The notes under the pieces were generated by a model that was not told where the DNA came from, did no database searches, and saw only the letters and a program-made list of their open reading frames with translations. Shown here one piece after another: positions 17,323 through 24,484 of a DNA stretch of 32,000 nt. Every line of letters begins with the position of its first letter. Positions within the stretch are counted from its first letter, which is position 1. Source of the stretch: an uncultured Opitutales bacterium (GTDB lineage: Bacteria > Verrucomicrobiota > Verrucomicrobiia > Opitutales > Intestinicryptomonadaceae); assembly GCA_934613415.1 (NCBI GenBank), contig CAKTSY010000002.1:30001-62000 (forward strand). The letters run 5' to 3'. A program made the position numbers and the translations under genes.

Positions 17323-18263
17323 AAAGATGCTTGTATTGCTATAAGCCGCTAAACGACGGGGAAATTGATTTTCACGCGTCTTGCGCAAAAAAATTTTTTG
17401 GAACTTCTGTTGTTCCAAAACTGCCTTACACGCAAGCCGACTTAAAGGAGCTTGCCAAACAGGTTGTGCGCTCGCATACGACAATAGCGGGCGTTCAGCC
17501 GAAGCTTTCTATGTATCTCGACAAAGCTGTTCGAGCCAATCCGAAACTTACAATTGTAGGCGTGTTCGGTAACTTTATTTTAAAGCCGCAAGCCGCGAGG
17601 TTTCGCAATCTTCCCGAAAATGAAGATTTAAGTATGCATTTGGCGGAAATTGCAGGGGTTTCAACCGTGCCGCATTCTCTAATGCGCTTCGCCGACGGCG
17701 AACTTTGCTATGTTACAAAGAGAATAGACCGCGGCGCAAAAGGCGAAAAATCTCCGATGGAAGATATGGCGCAACTGACTTTGCGCTTGAGCGAAGACAA
17801 ATACAAATCGTCCTACGAGCGAATTGCAAAAACTATCCGTGAATATTCCGACAATGTCGGTTTCGACCTTTCAAATCTTGCCGAGCAGGTTTTGTTTTCG
17901 TGGATAATCGGTAATTCGGATATGCACTTGAAGAATTTTTCGCTTATAAAAAATGCAGATAAATGGCAGCTTTCGCCAGCCTACGATATGCTAAATGTAA
18001 AACTGGCACTGCCGGACGACACGGAAGAATTGGCATTAACCCTTAACGGCAAGGGTGGAGCCATGTATAAGTTCACAAGAAATGACTTTGTAAAATCATT
18101 CAAAACATTCGGCTTGCCGAATTCGGCCATAGACAACCTGTTTGCCAGAATGATTAAAGCCAAATCAAAGCTTTGCGATTTTGTATCGGCAAGTTTTTTG
18201 CCAACAAAAATGCAAGATGCTTTTTGCGAACTTATAAAGGAAAGAATAGCGCGATTGTGTTAA
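17319..18263 (+). CDS. hipT: HipT-like Ser/Thr kinase toxin (HipA C-terminal kinase core)
   Basis: 314 aa. It carries a Gly-rich loop (TTIAGVQPKLS), a catalytic loop (IGNSDMHLKNFSL), a Mg-binding PAYDMLN motif and an N-terminal CxxC...HxxC. Confidence 0.85.
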   Translation: MKRCLYCYKPLNDGEIDFHASCAKKFFGTSVVPKLPYTQADLKELAKQVVRSHTTIAGVQPKLSMYLDKAVRANPKLTIVGVFGNFILKPQAARFRNLPENEDLSMHLAEIAGVSTVPHSLMRFADGELCYVTKRIDRGAKGEKSPMEDMAQLTLRLSEDKYKSSYERIAKTIREYSDNVGFDLSNLAEQVLFSWIIGNSDMHLKNFSLIKNADKWQLSPAYDMLNVKLALPDDTEELALTLNGKGGAMYKFTRNDFVKSFKTFGLPNSAIDNLFARMIKAKSKLCDFVSASFLPTKMQDAFCELIKERIARLC

Positions 18264-18272
18264 CTGCAGGCT

Positions 18273-18306
18273 AAAAAAAACGGCGCCGATATCGGCGCCG
18301 TTTTTT
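18273..18306. terminator. Bidirectional intrinsic terminator shared by hipT and the convergent oxidoreductase gene
   Basis: An A8 run (18273-18280), a perfect 20-nt palindrome CGGCGCCGATATCGGCGCCG (18281-18300), then a T6 run (18301-18306). Confidence 0.85.
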
Positions 18307-18326
18307 GTTTTAAGGTTTCCCTAAAA

Positions 18327-19673
18327 TTAGGAAAGCTGGTATTTGCCCGGAACGGGAACGCCCGCAAGGGGATTCTTCCTAAACGAGATATTTTCGGGAA
18401 CGATGTTTTCCTTGGACTTTTTAATCATCCAATCGAACTTGAATTTGCGACCCGAAAATGCGCTCATTCTGCCCGCAATAGCCAAGAGGGTGGAATTTAC
18501 CAAAGGCCTGATTTTGTTTACCTTTACGCCGTTTCTTAGGCAATTAAGCAAGTAGCGGTGTTCGTCTACCAGGCAGTTGATGTTTGTGGGGGCATTCCAT
18601 AATACTTTGCCTTTAAGGTCGGTCATAACAATTTTGCCGCCCAAAGAGGAGTATAAAATGCCCTTTGTGCCGATGAATCTTTCGGCCTGTTCGCTTGCGG
18701 TTTTCGGGTCTTGCTGGCAAAAGCTTGCAAGTCTAAGACCGTTGCCCATATCAAAGTCTATTGCAAAGTGGCTGAATCTGTCGCCGTATTCGGGGGTTGG
18801 CAAGTCTGTAGACCTTCCGCCAAAGCCTCTAACTTCTACGGGGAAGCGGTTGTCGCCCAAGCCCCACATGATAACGTCTATGTTGTGGACGTGCTGTTCT
18901 ACAATGTGGTCGCCCGAAGTCCAGATAAATGCAAACCAGTCTCTGATTTGGTATTCCATATCGTCGGGGGTCAAACCCTTCATTACACCGCTTTTTACAA
19001 GGTTTTTGTATTGGCCGTCGCCCACATAGCCGGAGGAATTCCAGTAGCACTGGGTTGAAACAATGTCGCCAATTTGGCCGTCTTGCAAACGCTTAATCGC
19101 TTCCTGATAGCCTGCGTGATAACGGCGTTGCGTGCCGCAAACTACGCTAAGGCCGCGCCTGTCGGCTTCGTCGGCAAGTTCAAGCATCTTTCTTGCCTGC
19201 GTAATGTCTATGCAGGCGGGTTTTTCCAGAAAGGCGTTTTTGTTTGCCTTTACGATTTTTTCGTAGTGCGGTGTTCTAAATACGGGCGGGGTTGCTTCTA
19301 TAACAACGTCTACATCTTCGGCAAGAAGGCCGTCGATGGCGTCAAAGCCCGTAAAAGTTTTTACCTTTTCAGAATCAAAAATATCTTTCTTTTGATTGGG
19401 GTATTTTTGCGACAAAAAGCCGTTTATAATTTTCTTTGCGCTTACAATCTTGTCGGGGAAAAGGTCTGCCAAGGCAACAACCTTAATGTTTTGGTCGGCT
19501 TCTATCATATTGCGAAGCGCGCCCGTGCCGCGGCCACCGCAGCCTACCAAGCCCACTTTAACCCTGTCGGAGCCCAATGCGTGCGAATTTTTGCCTATTG
19601 CCGTTGCGCACCCTGCAAGGGCTGTTGCAGCTCCCAATACAGACGTGCTTTTTATGAAGTTTCTTCTGTCCAT
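18327..19673 (-). CDS. Tat-exported Gfo/Idh/MocA-family NAD(P)-dependent oxidoreductase
   Basis: 448 aa with a twin-arginine signal (MDRRNFIKSTSVLGAATALAGC) and a Rossmann motif (VGLVGCGGRGTG). It matches the periplasmic sugar dehydrogenase-like family. Confidence 0.85.
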   Translation of the reverse strand: MDRRNFIKSTSVLGAATALAGCATAIGKNSHALGSDRVKVGLVGCGGRGTGALRNMIEADQNIKVVALADLFPDKIVSAKKIINGFLSQKYPNQKKDIFDSEKVKTFTGFDAIDGLLAEDVDVVIEATPPVFRTPHYEKIVKANKNAFLEKPACIDITQARKMLELADEADRRGLSVVCGTQRRYHAGYQEAIKRLQDGQIGDIVSTQCYWNSSGYVGDGQYKNLVKSGVMKGLTPDDMEYQIRDWFAFIWTSGDHIVEQHVHNIDVIMWGLGDNRFPVEVRGFGGRSTDLPTPEYGDRFSHFAIDFDMGNGLRLASFCQQDPKTASEQAERFIGTKGILYSSLGGKIVMTDLKGKVLWNAPTNINCLVDEHRYLLNCLRNGVKVNKIRPLVNSTLLAIAGRMSAFSGRKFKFDWMIKKSKENIVPENISFRKNPLAGVPVPGKYQLS

Positions 19674-19775
19674 CTTACATATCCTTTTTGTTGTGTTTAA
19701 TAAAATCCGTGTATAAAACTAGGTTAAAGCTAACCAAATTTACGCTTTAAGTAAAGGATATTCGGTAAAATCGTT

Positions 19776-19824
19776 AAAATTTTGCGGCAAAGCACCCGCA
19801 AATATTTTCGGGAAATCCCGAAAA
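19776..19824 (-). terminator. Possible weak terminator hairpins downstream of hemC
   Basis: There are two stem-loops on the minus strand. One is TTTTCGGG/CCCGAAAA (19805-19824). The other is TTGCGG/CCGCAA (19782-19801), followed by AATTTT. The U-tracts are poor. Confidence 0.3.
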
Positions 19825-19831
19825 ATGCGCG

Positions 19832-20692
19832 CTACAAAAGCGCCTTTGCAATGTGTTCTATTTCCTGCAGCATTTCGGGCAAAGTTGTGCCGGTAAACAC
19901 ATATTTTTGATAGCCGCAGTTTTCGTGGAATATGTGGAAAATTTCGCCGTCGTAGTGCGCGGCAAACGCCGCCTGGCAGCCGCCGCCTAGCGCCTCTAAA
20001 AATTTGCGCTCCAGCGTAAAGCAAAGCATTGCGGTTTTGTCGCCTACATTTTCTATTTCGTCTTTGATGTCCGATCTTGTCTGCAATGCGATAATGCCTT
20101 GGGCTACCGCTGGCACGCAGCATTGTGTTTTTAGCTCGGTAAATTTAACACCCTCAAAATTTTTTATGCCAAGCCTTAAAAGCCCGGCCGACGAAAGTAT
20201 CGTTGCCTGCAAGCTGTTCGGCTCGTTCGACGCCACTTTTTTTAGACGCGTTTCAACGCTGCCTCTAATGTCGCTCCAAACCGCCTGCGGGAACATCTTT
20301 TTTAGCTGGCTTCGCCTTCTGGGCGACGATGTTCCTATCAAAGACGGAATTTCGACATTCTCGTTTACGGCAAGCACGTCTTTTGCGGCGTCTCTGGGCA
20401 GGCAGGCTGCAATATACAAATAGTTTGCAACTTTTACGGGCAGGTCTTTTGCGCTGTGCACTGCAATGTCGGCCTCGTCGTTTAAAAGGGCGTCTTCCAG
20501 CTCTTTTGTAAAAAGCCCGTTGCCGCCCATTTTTTCCAAAGACCAGTCTTGACGGCGATCGCCTCCCGTTTTGTAGGTTAAAATTTCGAAAGACGAATCG
20601 GGGATTTTTTGCGACAAAAATTCGGCAGCCATTTGGGCTTGTTTTATTGCAAGCGGGCTGCTTCGGGTTGCAAGTCTATACTTTTTGCCCAT
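19832..20692 (-). CDS. hemC: Hydroxymethylbilane synthase (porphobilinogen deaminase)
   Basis: 287 aa counted from the internal ATG at 20692 (MGKKYRLATRSSPLAIKQAQ...). Motifs present are AVHSAKDLP, GTSSPRRRSQL, IRGSVETRLKK and GGGCQAAFAAH. The longer track ORF, which runs to 20866, overlaps ilvC and is rejected. Confidence 0.88.
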   Translation of the reverse strand: MGKKYRLATRSSPLAIKQAQMAAEFLSQKIPDSSFEILTYKTGGDRRQDWSLEKMGGNGLFTKELEDALLNDEADIAVHSAKDLPVKVANYLYIAACLPRDAAKDVLAVNENVEIPSLIGTSSPRRRSQLKKMFPQAVWSDIRGSVETRLKKVASNEPNSLQATILSSAGLLRLGIKNFEGVKFTELKTQCCVPAVAQGIIALQTRSDIKDEIENVGDKTAMLCFTLERKFLEALGGGCQAAFAAHYDGEIFHIFHENCGYQKYVFTGTTLPEMLQEIEHIAKALL

Positions 20693-20694
20693 AT

Positions 20695-21738
20695 CTATTT
20701 TGCGTAGCCGTCGGCAAAGGCTGCCTTTGCGCCCTTTATATTTTCCCTGGCAATGCAGGGCATTAGCGCGCGCATTCTCATGCCCGTTTTTTCGGCCAAA
20801 TGTTTTTCGCCCGTCGCCAAAAGCTTGTTGTATTTTACCAAGCCGCCGGCATATTCCTTTTCCCACTCGTTGGTAAATTCGCCAGACTGTATTTCCTTAA
20901 GGATTTTTTTCATATTCCTTTTTACGTCTTTGCCTATTACCCTTTGTCCGCGAGTAATGTCGCCGTATTTTGCGGTTTCGGAAATCGCCTTTCTCATTCC
21001 CGAAAATCCGCTTTCGGCAACAAGGTTTACAATAAGCTTAAGCTCGTGTATGCATTCAAAATACGCCATTTCGGGCTTGTAGCCTGCTTCTACTAAAGTT
21101 TCGAACCCAGCCAACGCCAGCGCGCTTAAGCCGCCGCAAAGAACGCATTGCTCGCCAAAAAGGTCGGCTTCGGTTTCTTCTTTAAAGGTGGTTTCCATAA
21201 CTCCCGCGCGCAAAGAGCCTATGCCGCTTGCCCAGGCCAACGCCAACTTTTTGCACTCGGCTCGGTTGCCTTGGGCGGTTGCAATTAAAGCCGGTATTCC
21301 GCCACCGTCTACAAACTGCGCGCGCACTTCGCGCCCCAGGCCTTTAGGGGCAACCATAATAACGTTTATGCCAGCTTGCGGCTTAACAAAGCCCGCGTGT
21401 ATAGACATTCCGTGTATAAATACAAGGGTTTTGCCTTCCGAAATATTTGGTTTTATATCCTTTTCGTATATTTCGGCGTGTTTCATATCTGGGGCAGCCA
21501 TTAAAATAACGTCGGCCTTTTTTACGGCGTTTGCGGTTGTATACACTTCAAACCCGTGTTTGCGGGCGGCTGCAATAGATTTGCTTTTAGGATATAGCCC
21601 TATAATTACATTTAGGCCGCTGTCTTTTAAATTTAAAGCGTGGGCTCTGCCCTGTGCGCCATAGCCTATTACCGCAAGCGTTTTGCCTTTCAACGGCTTA
21701 ATGTTGCCGTCTTTTGCAGTGTAGATTTTTACCGGCAT
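20695..21738 (-). CDS. ilvC: Ketol-acid reductoisomerase, class I
   Basis: 347 aa with the NADP site (VIGYGAQGRAHALNLKDSG) and conserved LFGEQCVLCGG and AYFECIHELKLIV. Confidence 0.95.
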   Translation of the reverse strand: MPVKIYTAKDGNIKPLKGKTLAVIGYGAQGRAHALNLKDSGLNVIIGLYPKSKSIAAARKHGFEVYTTANAVKKADVILMAAPDMKHAEIYEKDIKPNISEGKTLVFIHGMSIHAGFVKPQAGINVIMVAPKGLGREVRAQFVDGGGIPALIATAQGNRAECKKLALAWASGIGSLRAGVMETTFKEETEADLFGEQCVLCGGLSALALAGFETLVEAGYKPEMAYFECIHELKLIVNLVAESGFSGMRKAISETAKYGDITRGQRVIGKDVKRNMKKILKEIQSGEFTNEWEKEYAGGLVKYNKLLATGEKHLAEKTGMRMRALMPCIARENIKGAKAAFADGYAK

Positions 21739-21775
21739 AAAAAAGCCTTTCTAACCAAGCGGCAGGCTTTGTCGC

Positions 21776-22270
21776 TTACTGCTTTTTGCCCGCCGCGCCT
21801 CTTTCGAGAGCAACGTTGCCCGTTCTTGCCATTTCAATAACGCCAAAAGGCTCTATCATCGAAAGAAACGCCGCAATCTTGTTCGGGTTGCCCGTACATT
21901 CTATTATAAGCGAATTTCTTTCCACATCTATAACCTTGCCCCTAAAAAGCCCCGCAACTTCTATAAGTTCGCTGCGTGTTTTGCTTGTGCACTTAACTTT
22001 GGCGATAATCAATTCGCGTGCAACAAAGGGGGTTGTTTCGCAAAAATCTTTAACTTCTATAACGTTTACAAGCTTTTTTAGCTGGTTTACGCATTGTTCT
22101 ACGGTATTTTTGCCGTCGGCAACCGTTACTGTAATACGCGAGTATTTACCCGAATGCATCGGCCCGACATTTAGTGTTTCTATATTGAAACCGCGCCCGC
22201 TGAACATTCCCGCAACTCTGGCCAAAACACCAAACTTATTTTCTACAAGAGCCGATATTGTGTGTTTCAT
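21776..22270 (-). CDS. ilvH: Acetolactate synthase small (regulatory) subunit
   Basis: 164 aa with an ACT domain (ISALVENKFGVLARVAGMFSGRGFNIETLNVGP) and a C-terminal ALS_ss_C-like half. Confidence 0.93.
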   Translation of the reverse strand: MKHTISALVENKFGVLARVAGMFSGRGFNIETLNVGPMHSGKYSRITVTVADGKNTVEQCVNQLKKLVNVIEVKDFCETTPFVARELIIAKVKCTSKTRSELIEVAGLFRGKVIDVERNSLIIECTGNPNKIAAFLSMIEPFGVIEMARTGNVALERGAAGKKQ

Positions 22271-22290
22271 TGCGCTTATAAACTTAAAAA

Positions 22291-22367
22291 TGGTGGGCGA
22301 TGTAGGACTCGAACCTACGACATTCTGTGTGTAAGACAGACGCTCTAACCAACTGAGCTAATCGCCC
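22291..22367 (-). tRNA. tRNA-Val (anticodon UAC), CCA encoded
   Basis: The minus strand reads GGGCGAT TA GCTC AGTTGGTTA GAGC G TCTGT CTTACAC ACAGA ATGTC GTAGG TTCGAGT CCTAC ATCGCCC A CCA. This is a complete cloverleaf of 77 nt. Confidence 0.93.
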
Positions 22368-22471
22368 GTACTAGGAATTTAAGTCGCCTATACTGCCAAA
22401 AAGTTTTCGATATGCAAGCTTTTTTTACAAAAATATTGATTTTATTTTAAAAAAGGCAGATTATTGCCTTT

Positions 22472-23332
22472 GTGAAAGCCTTTTTTACCGCATTATTACT
22501 AGCTTTTTTGATTTTCGGCAAAAGCTTTGCCGATTGCCCTGTTCAATGCAAAGACGCCAATTTGGGGCAAAAAACAATGCGTGTTATATCGCTTTCGCCC
22601 TCTACAACCGACATTATTTTTTCGATAAACGCCCAAAATTGTTTGGTTGCGGTTTCAAAATTCTGCAAATTGCCGGAAAATTTCAGGCATTTGCCCAAAA
22701 TAGGCGGAATAATAGACCCCAACTACGAGCGCATTGCTTCGCTAAAGCCCGACTTGCTTATAATAGCCTCTAAAAACTGTCCCGAAATAGAAAAGAGGTT
22801 AGACGCGCTAAAAATACGCCATATTTCGCTATTTGGCGACGGGTTCGACAACATTCCAAAAAACGTCATGCTTGTGGCAAACGCTCTAAACAGAACAAAA
22901 GAGGGCGAAAAGGTTGCAAACGAGCTGCGCGAAAAAAAACGCCTTGCAATGGAAAATTCGGCGGGCAAAAGAAGGCCCAAATGTATTTTTATGTTCGACA
23001 AGATGGCGGCGGGCAAAAATTCTTTTGCGGGCGAAATTTTGGAGTATGCCGGGGCTGCAAACTGCGCGGGCAACGGCACAAACGCCTGGTTTGTGCCCCA
23101 AAAGGAATTTGTTTTGCTGGCAAACCCCGAAGTTATAATAGTAGAGGCAAAAGACGAATGCGACTTTGCTTTAAAAAAAGAATTTTACCTAAAAGACCCC
23201 GTTTGGAGCAAAACAAAGGCGGCAAAAAGCGGCAAAATTTTTTATATAGCTAGCGATATTATCTGCATGCCGTCGCCAAAAGTTCTTTCGGGGCTAAAGC
23301 GCGTTTGCGAAATTGTTGAAAGCTGCCGCTAA
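22472..23332 (+). CDS. Periplasmic ABC substrate-binding protein, BtuF/iron-siderophore (Peripla_BP_2) type
   Basis: 286 aa with a GTG start and a signal peptide (MKAFFTALLLAFLIFGKSFA). The family pattern is RVISLSPSTTDIIFSI...KPDLLI. Confidence 0.75.
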   Translation: MKAFFTALLLAFLIFGKSFADCPVQCKDANLGQKTMRVISLSPSTTDIIFSINAQNCLVAVSKFCKLPENFRHLPKIGGIIDPNYERIASLKPDLLIIASKNCPEIEKRLDALKIRHISLFGDGFDNIPKNVMLVANALNRTKEGEKVANELREKKRLAMENSAGKRRPKCIFMFDKMAAGKNSFAGEILEYAGAANCAGNGTNAWFVPQKEFVLLANPEVIIVEAKDECDFALKKEFYLKDPVWSKTKAAKSGKIFYIASDIICMPSPKVLSGLKRVCEIVESCR

Positions 23333-23347
23333 AAAGTGCGCGGTTTT

Positions 23348-23854
23348 TTATCCGAATTGCACGCCAAGCCAAAAGCCCGCTCCAATAGAAACGACTACCG
23401 CAAACCTAAATATTGCCGAAAGCCCGGTTCCCAAAAAAGCTCCAATGCCAGCCTTTGCGGCTTCGCCAAAGGGGCGTCCGCCCAAAAGCTCGAAAAGCAG
23501 CGCAAATATAAGCGGGGCTAAAAATATCCATAAAATCATAGGCGGGATAAATATGCCAACTATTGCGCCTATTATCGCGCCCAAAGCTCCCTTCCAAGTT
23601 GCCCCCATTTTTTTAGAACCAAAATATGTAAAGGCATAGTCTGCAATTTGCGAAACCAAGGCCGCTACTCCCGAAAACCATATAAGCGACCAGCCTTCTA
23701 GCGATTGGGGGAATATCAGCTTATATACAAGCACGCCGGCAAACGCCAGCATCGGCCCCGGCAAAAGTGGCAAAAACGAGCCGATGGCCGCTATTACAAA
23801 AACCGCACTTAAAAGCAGGGCACTAGCCTGTTGTGTATATAAAGAATAATCCAT
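23348..23854 (-). CDS. DUF456-family integral membrane protein
   Basis: 168 aa with four predicted TM segments and an N-terminal FLPLLPGPMLAFAGVLVY pattern typical of DUF456. Confidence 0.65.
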   Translation of the reverse strand: MDYSLYTQQASALLLSAVFVIAAIGSFLPLLPGPMLAFAGVLVYKLIFPQSLEGWSLIWFSGVAALVSQIADYAFTYFGSKKMGATWKGALGAIIGAIVGIFIPPMILWIFLAPLIFALLFELLGGRPFGEAAKAGIGAFLGTGLSAIFRFAVVVSIGAGFWLGVQFG

Positions 23855-23943
23855 AGTTTTATGCTTGTAAAAGGCTGCAATAGCCGCTTAACTTGTTCCA
23901 GAAATATATCAAACATTTTAAACGCAAAAATTCAAACAAAAAT

Positions 23944-24471
23944 ATGGAAAGCTCATTCAACGACCAAAAACTACTTGAAATGCTTCAGGGCGAAAAATTT
24001 CTTGCATTTTTCGACTTTGCAATGAACGACGATTCTTTCGGCGGCGAAAAAGACGGCATTTGCAAGGTTGCGCGTCCAAGCACCAGCACGCTCGAGTATT
24101 TGTCGTTGACATTCATTTTCGATACGCTCGACGACGTAAGGCGCAATATGGCAAAAAGAACGGTCTCGAAACTTACAAGCGAGGCGTTTGCGGCAACAAT
24201 TCCGCAAATCTACGCCATAACAAGCGTGCCCGGCAGCATGAAGCAAAGCGACCACTATATTCACCATATAGACCTTATGTTTAAGGGAGCCTTGCCCGAC
24301 GATATGCAAGAGCTTATAAAAAAGGTGGTTTATGTAATCCGCCACACGGCGGGGCTTGAAACCGAAGTTCCTCAATGGTGGGACGAAAACGAAGCTCCCG
24401 CGCCTTCCGAAGCCGAAAAGGCAAGCTGGAAAGACAGAATCAAGGCCTTTTTGGGTCTTGGTAAAAAATAG
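23944..24471 (+). CDS. Hypothetical protein, first gene of the PP2C/kinase/opp string
   Basis: 175 aa from the ATG at 23944 (MESSFNDQ...). The track ORF starts at a TTG at 23893. I recognise no motif. The C-terminus, SWKDRIKAFLGLGKK, looks amphipathic. Confidence 0.6.
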   Translation: MESSFNDQKLLEMLQGEKFLAFFDFAMNDDSFGGEKDGICKVARPSTSTLEYLSLTFIFDTLDDVRRNMAKRTVSKLTSEAFAATIPQIYAITSVPGSMKQSDHYIHHIDLMFKGALPDDMQELIKKVVYVIRHTAGLETEVPQWWDENEAPAPSEAEKASWKDRIKAFLGLGKK

Positions 24472-24484
24472 GGGCATTTTTTAG

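Noticed and set aside
19832-20866. A 344-aa version of the hemC ORF that starts at 20866.
   Set aside because: The first 58 codons overlap the 3' end of ilvC and translate to an Arg/Lys/Gly-rich sequence with no protein-like character. The conserved HemC N-terminus (MGKKYRLATRSSPLAIKQ) begins at the ATG at 20692, 2 nt after the ilvC stop.
729-22334. Many 60-210 aa ORFs antisense to, or out of frame with, the long genes. Examples are 729-1271, 2621-3079, 3635-4117, 8415-8942, 10033-10560, 15215-15733, 16933-17484, 19074-19700, 21188-21664 and 21786-22334.
   Set aside because: All lie entirely within well-supported conserved CDS. Their translations are Arg/Cys/Phe-rich or low complexity, as is typical of shadow frames, and none has a recognisable motif or ribosome-binding site.
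22368-22471. A possible cobalamin riboswitch ahead of the BtuF-like binding protein gene.
   Set aside because: The intergenic region is only 104 nt, and it must also hold the divergent tRNA promoter. I saw no B12-box-like conserved core, and the region is too short for a cobalamin aptamer plus expression platform.
22452-22471. A 7-bp hairpin (AAAGGCA-N6-TGCCTTT) abutting the GTG start at 22472. On the minus strand it is followed by a T-run.
   Set aside because: The stem is AT-rich and short. No minus-strand gene upstream needs a terminator. Occlusion of an SD-like AAGG is possible, but the sequence alone cannot support it.
23893-23943. A TTG start that extends the unknown protein by 17 residues.
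   Set aside because: The extension (MFQKYIKHFKRKNSNKN) is Lys/Asn-rich, AT-driven sequence. An in-frame ATG at 23944 is the more conventional start. I cannot exclude the longer form without experimental data.
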